This document shows, one piece after another, positions 1-10,175 of a stretch of 64,000 nt of DNA. This DNA comes from an uncultured Pelagibacteraceae bacterium (GTDB lineage Bacteria > Pseudomonadota > Alphaproteobacteria > Pelagibacterales > Pelagibacteraceae). The position numbers and the translations under genes were made by a program. Numbering within the stretch: the stretch's first letter is position 1; the number at the start of each line of letters is the position of its first letter. The stretch covers positions 1,443-65,442 of the forward strand of contig CABXTU010000002.1 of the NCBI GenBank assembly GCA_902515205.1. Reading direction: 5' to 3'. Under the pieces are notes generated by a model, which saw only the letters and a program-made list of their open reading frames with translations, made no database searches and was not told where the DNA came from.

Positions 1-778
1 GATCTAAAATCTCAAAACAACTAGAATATTTTCTATTTACAAAAAAGGCATTAGTGCCTGAGCTGTCTATAGCTATTAGGTCAAAATCTTTTATTTTTAA
101 AAGATCATGAAATGCGAGTAACGAAGCCCCAAAAAAACCATTATCTTCAAATTTAAAGTCTTCATTATAAGGAATTGATTTTTTAACTTCATTACCCATC
201 CAATGATTGTATTCTAAACAAATACATTTAAAATTTTTCAAAGACATCTTTTCTAAAATCCAATAATCATTCCCATCTACATCCAAAGAAAAAAAATCAA
301 CCTCAGGTATTTTTAAGTTTGTTTCTAAAATCAAATTAATATTATCCTTAGTTATTTTTTTTGTTAGTACTTTAATTTTTGATTTAGGAAAAAAAAAATT
401 TACAAACCTTTTAAATAAAATATTTTCCTTAATATGAAAATCAATTAAAGTACCGCTCCATCCATTTTTTATCAAATTTAACGTATTATTTTCGTAAAAA
501 CTAAATCCTATTTCTACAAATATTTTATTATTCGGAATCTTACTGAATATATATTCAATAATTCCGTCCTCATTATTTTGTGAGGTAATCTTATATTCGA
601 ACTGATTGATAAAATCTAAATTGTTAGAAAATTTATTGTATGTCTTATTTCTATTTATAGAGCGTTTAAATTTATTAAAATATCTAATAAATAAAATTGT
701 CAAGTGGATATAATTTCCAAGATATTTTTCTGAAATGTTTTCTAATAGGCGTATAATTTTTTTTTTGGAAGGCTTCAT
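1..778 (-). CDS. FkbM-like SAM-dependent methyltransferase, runs off the window edge (3' partial)
   Basis: Not in the ORF track; translated by hand from ATG at 778 (ATGA overlap with the upstream stop): MKPSKKKII...KITSQNNEDGIIEYIF...FVEIGF...NGWSGTLID. The SQNxEDGII motif is typical of this family in glycan clusters. Confidence 0.65.
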   Translation of the reverse strand, partial: MKPSKKKIIRLLENISEKYLGNYIHLTILFIRYFNKFKRSINRNKTYNKFSNNLDFINQFEYKITSQNNEDGIIEYIFSKIPNNKIFVEIGFSFYENNTLNLIKNGWSGTLIDFHIKENILFKRFVNFFFPKSKIKVLTKKITKDNINLILETNLKIPEVDFFSLDVDGNDYWILEKMSLKNFKCICLEYNHWMGNEVKKSIPYNEDFKFEDNGFFGASLLAFHDLLKIKDFDLIAIDSSGTNAFFVNRKYSSCFEILD

Positions 779-1170
779 TTATTATATTTGGAATAACTTT
801 TCATTTCTATAATATTTGAATTCATTGATTTATTTATTTTGAATTTTATTTGAGATCTTTTGTCATTAGTGAAATACACTTTTCTTGCCAGATGAATAAA
901 ATTTTTATTAAATTTCTTTAGTTTTTCGTGTTTTCGAATCTTATTCTCAATGTTCCATAAATTAGTATTAATTTTTTTTAGTTGATTATAGTAACTGTGA
1001 ACAATTTTTTTTATCTTAAATTTTTTCTTTATTTTAGAAAGGATTTTATACTCTTTATATATATGAATTAATTTATTTGTATCCTTGATATTCTTTATTT
1101 TAATTTCAAGTATTGAAATTTTATCTAATAACTCTCCAACAGAAATTTCAGTTAAAATTTTTTTTGGCAT
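775..1170 (-). CDS. DUF6165-family protein
   Basis: N-terminal EISVGELLDKISILEIK, LWNIENKIR, ARKVYFTNDKRSQIK pattern. Confidence 0.7.
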   Translation of the reverse strand: MPKKILTEISVGELLDKISILEIKIKNIKDTNKLIHIYKEYKILSKIKKKFKIKKIVHSYYNQLKKINTNLWNIENKIRKHEKLKKFNKNFIHLARKVYFTNDKRSQIKFKINKSMNSNIIEMKSYSKYNK

Positions 1171-1199
1171 ATTTCTTATTATATTATATTAGTAATTTA

Positions 1200-2003
1200 A
1201 TGAATATTTTTTTATATCAGCATCTGGGTTTAGGTGACATGATTTCCAACAATGGTCTTGTGAGATATCTAGTTGAACTCAATCCAAAAATCAAATTTTT
1301 TAATATTTTTTGTAAACAAATGCACGTTAATTCCATCAAATTCATGTATAGAGATCTCAATAAAATTAAAATCATAAAAATATCAAATAATCCTAAATAT
1401 GAAAAAAAAGAGATACAAAAGTATTTAAAAAATGAAAATAGTGATTTTGAAATAATAAAAATAGGTCACGATTTTTATCACTCAACAAATAAACTAAATC
1501 CAAACTTTAAGTCAAACCCCTGGCATTGCACTGTAAATTTTTATAAGCAGTTTGGTTTACCCTATAATTATAGATTTGAAAAAACTTTTTGGAAAAGAGA
1601 TTTAAAAAGGGAAAAAAAATTACTAAAAAAATTAGTAGGTAATAATAAAAAATTTATATTTGTTCATGACGATATTAACCGCGGCTTAATTATAGATACT
1701 AATAAATTTAATAAGAAATTTAAAATTATTAGAAATGATAACAATAATTTAATATTTGATTATGGATTAATTTTAGAAAACGCCCGTGAACTTCATTTAA
1801 TTGAAAGTTCTTTTAGGCAATTAATAGAGACATTAAATATAAAATCTAAAAAATTATATTTATATAAAGATGATAGACTTGATTATTCAATGAGTTTATT
1901 TAATAAAAAATTGGGTCAGTGGATTGGTACTTCAAAAAAATGGAAAGAAATTAGTTTAATAAAAAAAAAATCAAGTTTTATTCAGAAGTTCTTTAAAAGC
2001 TAA
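1200..2003 (+). CDS. Hypothetical glycan-cluster protein, possible glycosyltransferase
   Basis: ATG at 1200 (the track start at 1113 overlaps the divergent gene); HLGLGD and IESSF motifs resemble GT-B/GT9-like folds. Confidence 0.5.
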   Translation: MNIFLYQHLGLGDMISNNGLVRYLVELNPKIKFFNIFCKQMHVNSIKFMYRDLNKIKIIKISNNPKYEKKEIQKYLKNENSDFEIIKIGHDFYHSTNKLNPNFKSNPWHCTVNFYKQFGLPYNYRFEKTFWKRDLKREKKLLKKLVGNNKKFIFVHDDINRGLIIDTNKFNKKFKIIRNDNNNLIFDYGLILENARELHLIESSFRQLIETLNIKSKKLYLYKDDRLDYSMSLFNKKLGQWIGTSKKWKEISLIKKKSSFIQKFFKS

Positions 2004-2873
2004 AAAAACATTTTTTTTTGGACTCCAATGTAAAATTTTTTTTGCGAAAGAATTATTTCCAACTAGAAGATTTTTTTTTATTTTAATGTCATTTCTTATT
2101 GTTGTTTTGTAATTATAAAGGTTTAGGCCATATCTAATAAGTGTGTTAATAGAACTTAATTTATTAGATGATAAAATTATCTTATCTGGCATTTTTTTTA
2201 ATTTAATTAGTCTAAGCATTCCTTGACAAATGTCTTCGGCATGTGAAAAATCCCCATAAATATTTTCTTTATAAATTTCATTAATTTTTTTGAAGTTTTT
2301 ATTTTTTAAGTATCTGATAATTCTCGGTAATAAAAATTTTTTATTTCTATGGATTGAGTCATGATTAAATAGAATTGCAGAGCAAGCATTTAATCCATAT
2401 TTCTTTTTATATTTGATAATTAATTTATGAGAGTCAATTTTATATTTTGAATATAAACAAGTTGCTTCAAATTTTGACTCTTCAGTCACAATACCTTTTT
2501 TCTTTTTAAACATTAATGAAGAACCTGCAAATATAAATTTTATTTTTTTATTATTATCTTTAATTGCTAAAATTAAATTTTTAGTCATTAAAAGATTTTT
2601 TTTATAATCTAAATTGTAATTTTGTTTTTTTTTATTTGTAGAATTATTTTTTGATGCTAAATGAATTATCGCTAAAGGTTTAGTCTTTTTTATATGAGAA
2701 TAAATACTTTTATATTCAAGTAAATTTATTTTAGAATAATTAACATTTCTTTTTTTGCTAAAGTATTTATCTTTTTTTTTAATTAAAAAATTAATTTTGT
2801 AATTTTTTACTGCTTGACTTAAAATTTTAGCATCTTGACCACTACCTCCTGTAATGATTATGTTTTTTTTCAT
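1971..2873 (-). CDS. GDP-mannose 4,6-dehydratase-like NAD-dependent epimerase/dehydratase
   Basis: ITGGSGQDA Rossmann motif, YSKYK catalytic motif, ILFNHDS, GDFSHAEDI. Confidence 0.8.
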   Translation of the reverse strand: MKKNIIITGGSGQDAKILSQAVKNYKINFLIKKKDKYFSKKRNVNYSKINLLEYKSIYSHIKKTKPLAIIHLASKNNSTNKKKQNYNLDYKKNLLMTKNLILAIKDNNKKIKFIFAGSSLMFKKKKGIVTEESKFEATCLYSKYKIDSHKLIIKYKKKYGLNACSAILFNHDSIHRNKKFLLPRIIRYLKNKNFKKINEIYKENIYGDFSHAEDICQGMLRLIKLKKMPDKIILSSNKLSSINTLIRYGLNLYNYKTTIRNDIKIKKNLLVGNNSFAKKILHWSPKKNVFLAFKELLNKT

Positions 2874-2901
2874 TATAAATTATAGTAAAATTACAACATT
2901 T

Positions 2902-4113
2902 ATGAAAATTAAGAAATGTAGATCTTGCAAAAGTAAGAGTTTAACTAAACTTTACACTTTAGGTAAACAAACTTTTACTGGTATTTTTCCACCAAAAAAA
3001 AATGCGAAAATTTCTAAGGGTGACCTTAGTATGGTAATTTGTAATAAATGTAAATTATTACAATTAGAGAATAATTTTGACGCTAATGAAATGTATGGCG
3101 ATAACTATGGGTATATGTCTTCTCTCAATAAATCAATGATATCTCATTTAAAACTCAAAGCTTTAAATTTAAAAAATAGATACAATATTATATTTAAAAA
3201 TAATATTTTAGATATAGGGAGTAACGATGGAACTTTTCTATCATTTTTCAATAAAAATTTTAACCTTTATGGTTGTGACCCAACAATAAAAAAATTTAGT
3301 AGATTTTATAGAAAAGATATAAATCAAATCCCTTTCTTTTTTTCAGCAAAGCATTTTAAAAAAAAAAAGTTTAATCTAATAACTTCAATTTCTATGTTTT
3401 ACGATTTACCTGATCCCTTAAATTTTGCAAAAGAAATTAATTCATTATTATATAATAATGGAATTTGGCATATCGAACTTAGTTATATGCCCATGATGAT
3501 TAAAAACAGATCTTATGACACAATTTGTCACGAACATCTCGAATATTATTCTTTAAAATCATTAAAGTACCTACTTGATAATGCAGGATTAAAGATTGTA
3601 AATTTGTCTTTTAATCAAATAAATGGAGGAAGTATTGAGCTTGATATAACAAAAAAAAATTCAAAATATAAGGAGAGCACACATTTAATAAACTGGGTTC
3701 TTGAGAGTGAGAGGGTGAACAACTACAATGAAATCATAAAACATAAACTCTTTTTCAAAGAATGCCAAAATCATAAAATTTTGTTAAAAAAATTATTATT
3801 AACTTTAAAAAAACAAAATAAAAAAATTATTGGATACGGGGCTTCTACAAAGGGTAATGTTATTCTTCAATACTGCAATATAGGCTCCAATATATTAGAT
3901 TATATTGCTGAGGTTAATAAATTTAAATTTAATAAGTTTACTCCAGGCTCAAATATTAAAATAATTTCTGAAAAAAAAGCTAAAAAGAAAAAACCAGATT
4001 TTTTACTTGTGCTCCCTTGGCATTTTAAAGATCATATAATCAAAAGAGAACAGAAATTTTTAAAAAATGGTGGAAAATTAATTTTTCCACTACCAGATAT
4101 AGAAATAATTTAA
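2902..4113 (+). CDS. NDP-hexose C-methyltransferase (TcaB9/NovU-like, Zn-binding N-terminus)
   Basis: CRSC...CNKC Zn motif, LDIGSNDG, YDTICHEHLEYYS, GYGASTKGN, LPWHF; likely start ATG 2902. Confidence 0.85.
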   Translation: MKIKKCRSCKSKSLTKLYTLGKQTFTGIFPPKKNAKISKGDLSMVICNKCKLLQLENNFDANEMYGDNYGYMSSLNKSMISHLKLKALNLKNRYNIIFKNNILDIGSNDGTFLSFFNKNFNLYGCDPTIKKFSRFYRKDINQIPFFFSAKHFKKKKFNLITSISMFYDLPDPLNFAKEINSLLYNNGIWHIELSYMPMMIKNRSYDTICHEHLEYYSLKSLKYLLDNAGLKIVNLSFNQINGGSIELDITKKNSKYKESTHLINWVLESERVNNYNEIIKHKLFFKECQNHKILLKKLLLTLKKQNKKIIGYGASTKGNVILQYCNIGSNILDYIAEVNKFKFNKFTPGSNIKIISEKKAKKKKPDFLLVLPWHFKDHIIKREQKFLKNGGKLIFPLPDIEII

Positions 4114-4120
4114 TTATTAT

Positions 4121-5110
4121 CTATTGAACTGCATCCTCAAGTTTTACATTTCCAAAAGACGATTGTGAATTAGAATATCTATTTGATAAATGTCGAATCT
4201 CACAAAATTTAGCAATTCTTTTTTTCTTTATTTCAAATGGTATTACTATTCGATTAAAAAAACCATACGGAGGATTTATATATGTTAAACCAATATTTGC
4301 TTTTGCCATTAAATCTAAATTTATCATTCTATCATCGATAAAATTTACATTAAACGCACCATGGCCACAATCCGGATTACTAGAAGGTCCAGATAAGTAT
4401 TCTCTCATTAAATCTCGGTCATATAAGTACATACCTTGATAAGGAAACTCATTATTTACAAAATTGTAATCTTTGTTTATTTTAATTTTAGGTAATGAAT
4501 TAAAATTACTTTTTTTTAAAAAATCTATCGCGTACAGTTGATTATCAGACTTGTTATTTTCTGTTCTAATGAAACCTGGAATTAATCCAAATTTTTTCAA
4601 AATTTTTCTACTATTTAACCAGTAATTGAAATTAGATTTATTTAAATATATATCATCCTCTAAATATAAAAAATGAGTGATATCTTCATTAAAGTATAAT
4701 TTTTTCATTAAATTAATGTGATACCAAGGTAGCAATCTGTCATGAACGGGTTCATCTATTGTTATCAAATTTATATCAATTTTAATTTCTTTTTTTAATT
4801 TTTCAGCTTGGATTGAGGTTATATTGTTTGTAAAAATATGAATTTCATTTTCATCAGATAAATTACTAAGACCATCACAAACTTTTACTAGATTTTGGAT
4901 TTTATCTTCTCTAAAAAAAAAGGTTATTACTGCAGCAATTTTAATTTTTTCTGTATTTGTATTAAAAAAATCAAAATTTTCATCTTTTAGATCATAAAAA
5001 GTTTTTTTTTTTGTATATTTTAGGTAATTGATAAAATTAATCAATTTTTTTTCCTTTTTTCCTATTGATTTTATTATTTTTCTTAATTTCTCTAAAAAAT
5101 AAACTACCAT
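4121..5110 (-). CDS. Hypothetical protein, possible glycosyltransferase-like
   Basis: 329-aa ORF with FLYLEDD motif, downstream of rfbA. Confidence 0.45.
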   Translation of the reverse strand: MVVYFLEKLRKIIKSIGKKEKKLINFINYLKYTKKKTFYDLKDENFDFFNTNTEKIKIAAVITFFFREDKIQNLVKVCDGLSNLSDENEIHIFTNNITSIQAEKLKKEIKIDINLITIDEPVHDRLLPWYHINLMKKLYFNEDITHFLYLEDDIYLNKSNFNYWLNSRKILKKFGLIPGFIRTENNKSDNQLYAIDFLKKSNFNSLPKIKINKDYNFVNNEFPYQGMYLYDRDLMREYLSGPSSNPDCGHGAFNVNFIDDRMINLDLMAKANIGLTYINPPYGFFNRIVIPFEIKKKRIAKFCEIRHLSNRYSNSQSSFGNVKLEDAVQ

Positions 5111-5121
5111 AATTTAATTTC

Positions 5122-5994
5122 TTATTTTTTAATCAAATTTCTAAGATATTTTGAATAATCACAGTTGCCGTAAAACTTTATTAAACTTAATATCTGTTTC
5201 TTAGTTATCCATCCATTGTTTAAAGCAATTTCTTCAATACAAGCAATTTTTAATCCTTGTCTATTTTCAATAGCAGAAACAAAAGATGAAGTTTTATAAA
5301 AATCATCTATAGAGCCAGTGTCTAACCACGCACCACCCCTACCAATTAATTGGGCAGTTAATTTTTTTTTTGACCTATATATATTTAACAAATCTACAAT
5401 TTCAACTTCACCCCTTTGAGAGGGTTTTAAATTTTTTGCATACTTAACAACTTTATTATCAAAAAAATATAATCCCGTTATTGCAAGGTCTGAAAGAAAT
5501 TTTTTTGGTTTTTCTTTTATAGCTAAAATCTTGTTATTCTTGTTTACTTTTGCAACTCCATAAAGCTCTGGTTTTTGAACTTTATGTAATATAACCTTTG
5601 CGCCATTTTTGAGTTTAGTGTTTTCTATTAATTTATTAGTAAGACTTTGACTGTAAAAAAAATTATCACCCAAAATCATCGCAACATTATCTTTTCCAAT
5701 AAATCTTTCGCCTACAACAAAAGCATCAGGTAAACCTCTTGGTTTTTTCTGTTCTATGTAAGAAATTTTTATTCCTAAATTATTTCCGTTAGGTAAAAGT
5801 TTTTTGTACTGATCTAGCTGACCCTTATTAACAATGATTAATATATCTTTAATTTTTGCTAACATTAAAATTGATAAAGGATAAAAAATTAGCGGTTTGT
5901 CATAAATTGGAAGAAGTTGTTTATTAACCGCTTTAGTAAGCGGGCTCATTCTAGTTCCCTTACCACCTGCTAAAATAATTCCCTTTTTTATCAT
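5122..5994 (-). CDS. rfbA: Glucose-1-phosphate thymidylyltransferase
   Basis: GIILAGGKGTR, KQLLPIYDKPLI, LGDN, AWLDTG. Confidence 0.95.
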   Translation of the reverse strand: MIKKGIILAGGKGTRMSPLTKAVNKQLLPIYDKPLIFYPLSILMLAKIKDILIIVNKGQLDQYKKLLPNGNNLGIKISYIEQKKPRGLPDAFVVGERFIGKDNVAMILGDNFFYSQSLTNKLIENTKLKNGAKVILHKVQKPELYGVAKVNKNNKILAIKEKPKKFLSDLAITGLYFFDNKVVKYAKNLKPSQRGEVEIVDLLNIYRSKKKLTAQLIGRGGAWLDTGSIDDFYKTSSFVSAIENRQGLKIACIEEIALNNGWITKKQILSLIKFYGNCDYSKYLRNLIKK

Positions 5995-7004
5995 CCTTTA
6001 CCCAATCTTTTAACAATATCTTTTTTTGATAAAGACTTATAATAATTTTTGTTTTTAAAGTACCAATCAAAAGTTAATTTAATTCCTTGTCTAAAATTTG
6101 TTCTTGCTTTCCAGCCCAATTTACTCTTTATTTTTCCACTATTTAAGGCATATCTTACATCATGACCTGGTCGGTCTTTTATAAATAAAATTTTAACTCT
6201 CTTTCCAATTTTGATTTTTTTCCCAGAAATTTTAATTAATTCTTTTGAGACCTGTAGATTGTTTAAATTTTTATTAGATCCAATATTATAAAATTCTCCA
6301 ATTTTACCTTTCTTAAAAACCTTAATTAATGCTTCACAATGATCTTTAACATATATCCACTCTCTAGAATTCTTACCATTACCGTAAATTGGTAATGGTT
6401 TGTTATTTAAAATATTGTAAATAAGTTTAGGTATTAATTTTTCAGGATGTTGTTTAGGTCCATAATTGTTAGAACAGTTTGTAACGATTGCAGGTATCTT
6501 GTATGTTCTGACATAAGAGCTCACTAAATGGTCAGATGCTGCTTTACTAGCTGCATAAGGTGAGCTTGGTTGATAAGCGTAATTTTCTGACGACCTACCA
6601 TTTAAAATATCACCATAAACCTCATCAGTAGATATATGAATAAGTTTAGAATTATATTTTTTAGAGTATTCTTTAAAATGCTCTAATAAATTAAAAACAC
6701 CTAAAATATTACTTTGAATAAAATTATTAGGATTATCTATTGATCTATCAACATGAGTTTCAGCTGCAAGATTAAATATTCCAATAGGTTTATATTTGAA
6801 TATAATTTTTTTAAGTTTGTTATCTACAATGTCACATTTAATAAATTTATAATTTTTTGAATTTTTAAATTCTTTAGTATTATAAAAATTTGAAGAATAA
6901 GAAATTTTATCTACATTAATTACGTAATAATTTTTACTAATTAATAAATTTATTAGATTACTACCAATAAAGCCTAATCCACCTGTAACAATAATTTTAT
7001 TCAT
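5991..7004 (-). CDS. rfbB: dTDP-glucose 4,6-dehydratase
   Basis: TGGLGFIG, AAETHVDRSI, HISTDEVYG, YAASK, NCSNNYGP, DRPGHD. Confidence 0.95.
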   Translation of the reverse strand: MNKIIVTGGLGFIGSNLINLLISKNYYVINVDKISYSSNFYNTKEFKNSKNYKFIKCDIVDNKLKKIIFKYKPIGIFNLAAETHVDRSIDNPNNFIQSNILGVFNLLEHFKEYSKKYNSKLIHISTDEVYGDILNGRSSENYAYQPSSPYAASKAASDHLVSSYVRTYKIPAIVTNCSNNYGPKQHPEKLIPKLIYNILNNKPLPIYGNGKNSREWIYVKDHCEALIKVFKKGKIGEFYNIGSNKNLNNLQVSKELIKISGKKIKIGKRVKILFIKDRPGHDVRYALNSGKIKSKLGWKARTNFRQGIKLTFDWYFKNKNYYKSLSKKDIVKRLGKG

Positions 7005-7012
7005 CTTAATTA

Positions 7013-7540
7013 TTAATGGCCTGGAAACTCAATTAAATTATCAACTTTATAACCTTTTTTCATCAAATTGTCCGAACCTTTTAAATCAAAAAGATTAATT
7101 ACAAATATAAAACTAGCTACTTTTCCTCCTGAGATCTCTATTAGTTTTGCAGCAGCTTCCGCAGTACCTCCTGTAGCAATTAAATCGTCAATTATGATAA
7201 CATTATCACTTTTTTGAATAGAATCTTTGTGAATTTCGATTGTGGCAGTTCCATATTCTAATTCAAAATCCACTGAATGAACATCTGCAGGTAGTTTATT
7301 TTTTTTTCTTAGCATTATAAAGGGTTTTTTTAAGATATAGGATACTGCTGAGGCAAAAACAAAACCTCTGGATTCGATAGCAGCGATCTTATTAAAATTT
7401 ACTTTTTTTGATCTTTCTACTATTTGATTTATCGTTTCAGAAAAAGCTTTTTCATCTTTAATTAGAGTTGTGATATCTCTAAATAATATACCTTTTTTTG
7501 GATAATCCTGAATAGATCTAATATATTCTTTTAAATTCAT
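7013..7540 (-). CDS. apt: Adenine phosphoribosyltransferase
   Basis: GILFRDIT, IESRGF, LEYG, IIDDLIATGGT. Confidence 0.95.
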   Translation of the reverse strand: MNLKEYIRSIQDYPKKGILFRDITTLIKDEKAFSETINQIVERSKKVNFNKIAAIESRGFVFASAVSYILKKPFIMLRKKNKLPADVHSVDFELEYGTATIEIHKDSIQKSDNVIIIDDLIATGGTAEAAAKLIEISGGKVASFIFVINLFDLKGSDNLMKKGYKVDNLIEFPGH

Positions 7541-7581
7541 AATAGTTATTTATAAAACTATAAATAAATTAATTTTTAAAC

Positions 7582-8454
7582 ATGACAATAAATAAATTAG
7601 CAATTATAGGCGGAAGTGGACTTTACGATGTTGAGGAGTTTAGAAATAGAGAATTATTAGATATTAATACTCCTTGGGGAAAACCTTCTGATCAAATATT
7701 AAAAACCAATTATAAAAGTAAAGAAGTATATTTTTTACCACGACATGGTAAAGGGCATTTTATATCGCCCACAAAAATAAATTTTAGAGCAAATATAGAC
7801 GCATTAAAACAGTTAGGGGTTACAGATATTGTTTCTGTTTCTGCTGTAGGATCTTTAAAAAAAAATCTTACTCCTGGAAAATTTTTAATTATAGATCAGT
7901 TTATAGATAGAACTTTTGCAAGAGAGAAAACATTTTTTGATGAAGAAATAGTTGCTCATGTTTCTATGGCACTTCCAACTTCAAAGGGATTGATGAATGC
8001 TTGTGAAGAAGCAATAAAAAAAGAAAATATAGAATATCAAAGAAATGGTACATATGTTGTGATGGAAGGACCACAGTTTTCAACCTTGGCAGAATCTAAC
8101 CTATATAGATCCTGGAAAGCTGATGTAATTGGAATGACTAACATGCCAGAGGCAAAGTTAGCAAGAGAGGCAGAGATAAGATATGCATCTGTTTCGATGG
8201 TTACAGATTATGATTGTTGGCATCCAGATCATGAAAATGTTGATGTTCAAAAAGTAGTTAAAGTTCTGTTAGGTAATGCTGTAAAAGCCAAGAATGTGAT
8301 AAAAAATTTAATAGAAAATTTTGAAAATCATATTGATCCAAAAGATCCAACTAATAATTGTTTAGATGTAGCAATTATTACTACTCCAGAAAAAAGAACA
8401 AAAAAAACTATAGAAAAACTCAAAACTGTTGCTGGTAGAGTTTTAAATAAATGA
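7582..8454 (+). CDS. mtnP: S-methyl-5'-thioadenosine phosphorylase
   Basis: IIGGSGLY, TPWGKPS, LPRHG, MEGPQFSTLAES, IGMTNMPEAKLAREAE, TDYDCW. Confidence 0.95.
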   Translation: MTINKLAIIGGSGLYDVEEFRNRELLDINTPWGKPSDQILKTNYKSKEVYFLPRHGKGHFISPTKINFRANIDALKQLGVTDIVSVSAVGSLKKNLTPGKFLIIDQFIDRTFAREKTFFDEEIVAHVSMALPTSKGLMNACEEAIKKENIEYQRNGTYVVMEGPQFSTLAESNLYRSWKADVIGMTNMPEAKLAREAEIRYASVSMVTDYDCWHPDHENVDVQKVVKVLLGNAVKAKNVIKNLIENFENHIDPKDPTNNCLDVAIITTPEKRTKKTIEKLKTVAGRVLNK

Positions 8455-9521
8455 GAATAAAAGGAAAAGAATATCGCACAATTTGGTTTGAAAATAATAT
8501 TGTTAAAATTATTGATCAAACAAAACTTCCACACAAATTTATAATAAAAGATTTAAAAAAAGTTGGAGATGCAATCAATGCTATAAAAGTAATGGAAGTA
8601 AGAGGTGCACCTTTAATCGGTGCTACAGCAGCTTATGGGTTAGTCTTATCTATTCTTGAAAATAATGATCAATCATTTTTAAAGAAATCTGCAGAAAATT
8701 TAATTAACTCAAGACCAACAGCCATAAATCTGAAATGGGCTGTTGATAGAATGATGAAAAAATTATCAGGCGTTAATAGTGATAAAATTTTAGATATAGC
8801 TTTGATCGAGGCAAAAGAAATTTGTCAAGAAGATATAAATTTTTGTGAAAATATTGGATTAAATGGTCTTAAAATTATAGAGGAAATTTATAATAAAAAA
8901 AAAGATACAGTAAATATTTTAACTCATTGTAATGCAGGTTGGCTCGCAACAATAAATTGGGGTACCGCAACTTCTCCAATTTACCATGCTCACAAAAAAG
9001 GAATTCCTGTCCATGTTTGGGCTGATGAAACTCGACCGAGAAACCAAGGTGCTAACCTAACATCATACGAGCTAAATGAAGAAGGAATAAATAATACAAT
9101 TATTGCTGACAATACTGGAGGAATTTTAATGCAAAGAGGTGAAGTTGATATGTGTATTGTTGGTACTGATAGAACTTTAGCCAATGGAGACGTTTGTAAT
9201 AAAGTTGGAACCTATCTAAAAGCTTTAGCAGCACATGATAACAATATTCCTTTTTATGTAGCTCTTCCAAGTTCAACAATTGATTGGAATATTAAAAATC
9301 ATAAAGATATTCCAATAGAGGAGAGAAATTCGGAAGAATTATCACATATGGAAGGCCTAGATGAAGAAGGAAATATTAAAAAAGTACAAATATATCCAGA
9401 AAAAAGCAATGCTATGAATTTAGCTTTTGATGTAACACCTGCAAAATATGTTACAGGGCTAATTACAGAAAAAGGGTTATGTGAAGCATCTTCAGTGGGA
9501 CTAAGGAAATTATTCAAATGA
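8451..9521 (+). CDS. mtnA: Methylthioribose-1-phosphate isomerase
   Basis: VRGAPLIG, SRPTA, THCNAGWLAT, DETRPRNQG, NKVGT. Confidence 0.95.
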   Translation: MRIKGKEYRTIWFENNIVKIIDQTKLPHKFIIKDLKKVGDAINAIKVMEVRGAPLIGATAAYGLVLSILENNDQSFLKKSAENLINSRPTAINLKWAVDRMMKKLSGVNSDKILDIALIEAKEICQEDINFCENIGLNGLKIIEEIYNKKKDTVNILTHCNAGWLATINWGTATSPIYHAHKKGIPVHVWADETRPRNQGANLTSYELNEEGINNTIIADNTGGILMQRGEVDMCIVGTDRTLANGDVCNKVGTYLKALAAHDNNIPFYVALPSSTIDWNIKNHKDIPIEERNSEELSHMEGLDEEGNIKKVQIYPEKSNAMNLAFDVTPAKYVTGLITEKGLCEASSVGLRKLFK

Positions 9522-10174
9522 AAAATCTAGACTTAAGAAACCAAATTATTGAATATTCATTAAAACTAAACTCGACAAACCTTTCACCATTAAGATCAGG
9601 TAATATTTCTTTGAGAGTTGTGGAGGATGATAAAGAGGGATATCTAGTTACTCCATCAGGAAAAAAATATGAAACATTAAAACCTGAAGATATTGTCTTT
9701 CTGTACTTAAATGAAGAGCCAGAAAATAACAAATCAACCAACAAACCATCGTCCGAATGGAGAATTCATCGGGATATTTATGTAAACAAAGAAGAAGCAG
9801 ATGCAATAGTCCATGCTCACTCTCCACACGCAACGGCTGTATCTTCACACAGAAAATCAATTCCACCTTTTCATTATATGATTGCTCTTGCAGGAGGAGA
9901 TGACATTAAATGTGCTGAATACGCTACTTTTGGAACAGAGGAGTTATCCAAAAATGTTGTTAGAGCTTTAGAAAACAGAAGTGCTTGCTTAATGTCTAAT
10001 CACGGACAGGTTGCTTTTGCAAAAAATTTAGAAGATGCATTTGAACTAGCTCAAGAGGTAGAAAATATTTGTCATCAATACACTATTGCTCTAAAGTTAG
10101 GAAAGCCCAAGATTCTCTCTTTTGAAGAAATGAAGAAAGTTTTGGATAAAGCAAAAAATTATAAAAAAGGGTAA
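9518..10174 (+). CDS. FucA-like class II aldolase, probable methylthioribulose-1-P / 5-deoxyribulose-1-P aldolase
   Basis: SGNIS, PSSEWRIH, VHAHSPHATA, PFHYMIA, MSNHG; overlaps the mtnA stop. Confidence 0.85.
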   Translation: MKNLDLRNQIIEYSLKLNSTNLSPLRSGNISLRVVEDDKEGYLVTPSGKKYETLKPEDIVFLYLNEEPENNKSTNKPSSEWRIHRDIYVNKEEADAIVHAHSPHATAVSSHRKSIPPFHYMIALAGGDDIKCAEYATFGTEELSKNVVRALENRSACLMSNHGQVAFAKNLEDAFELAQEVENICHQYTIALKLGKPKILSFEEMKKVLDKAKNYKKG

Positions 10175-10175
10175 G

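Noticed and set aside
9518-10174. Calling the aldolase-fold gene mtnB
   Set aside because: Motifs (PSSEW.IH, PFHYM) are FucA/aldolase-like, and no mtnC or mtnD is adjacent
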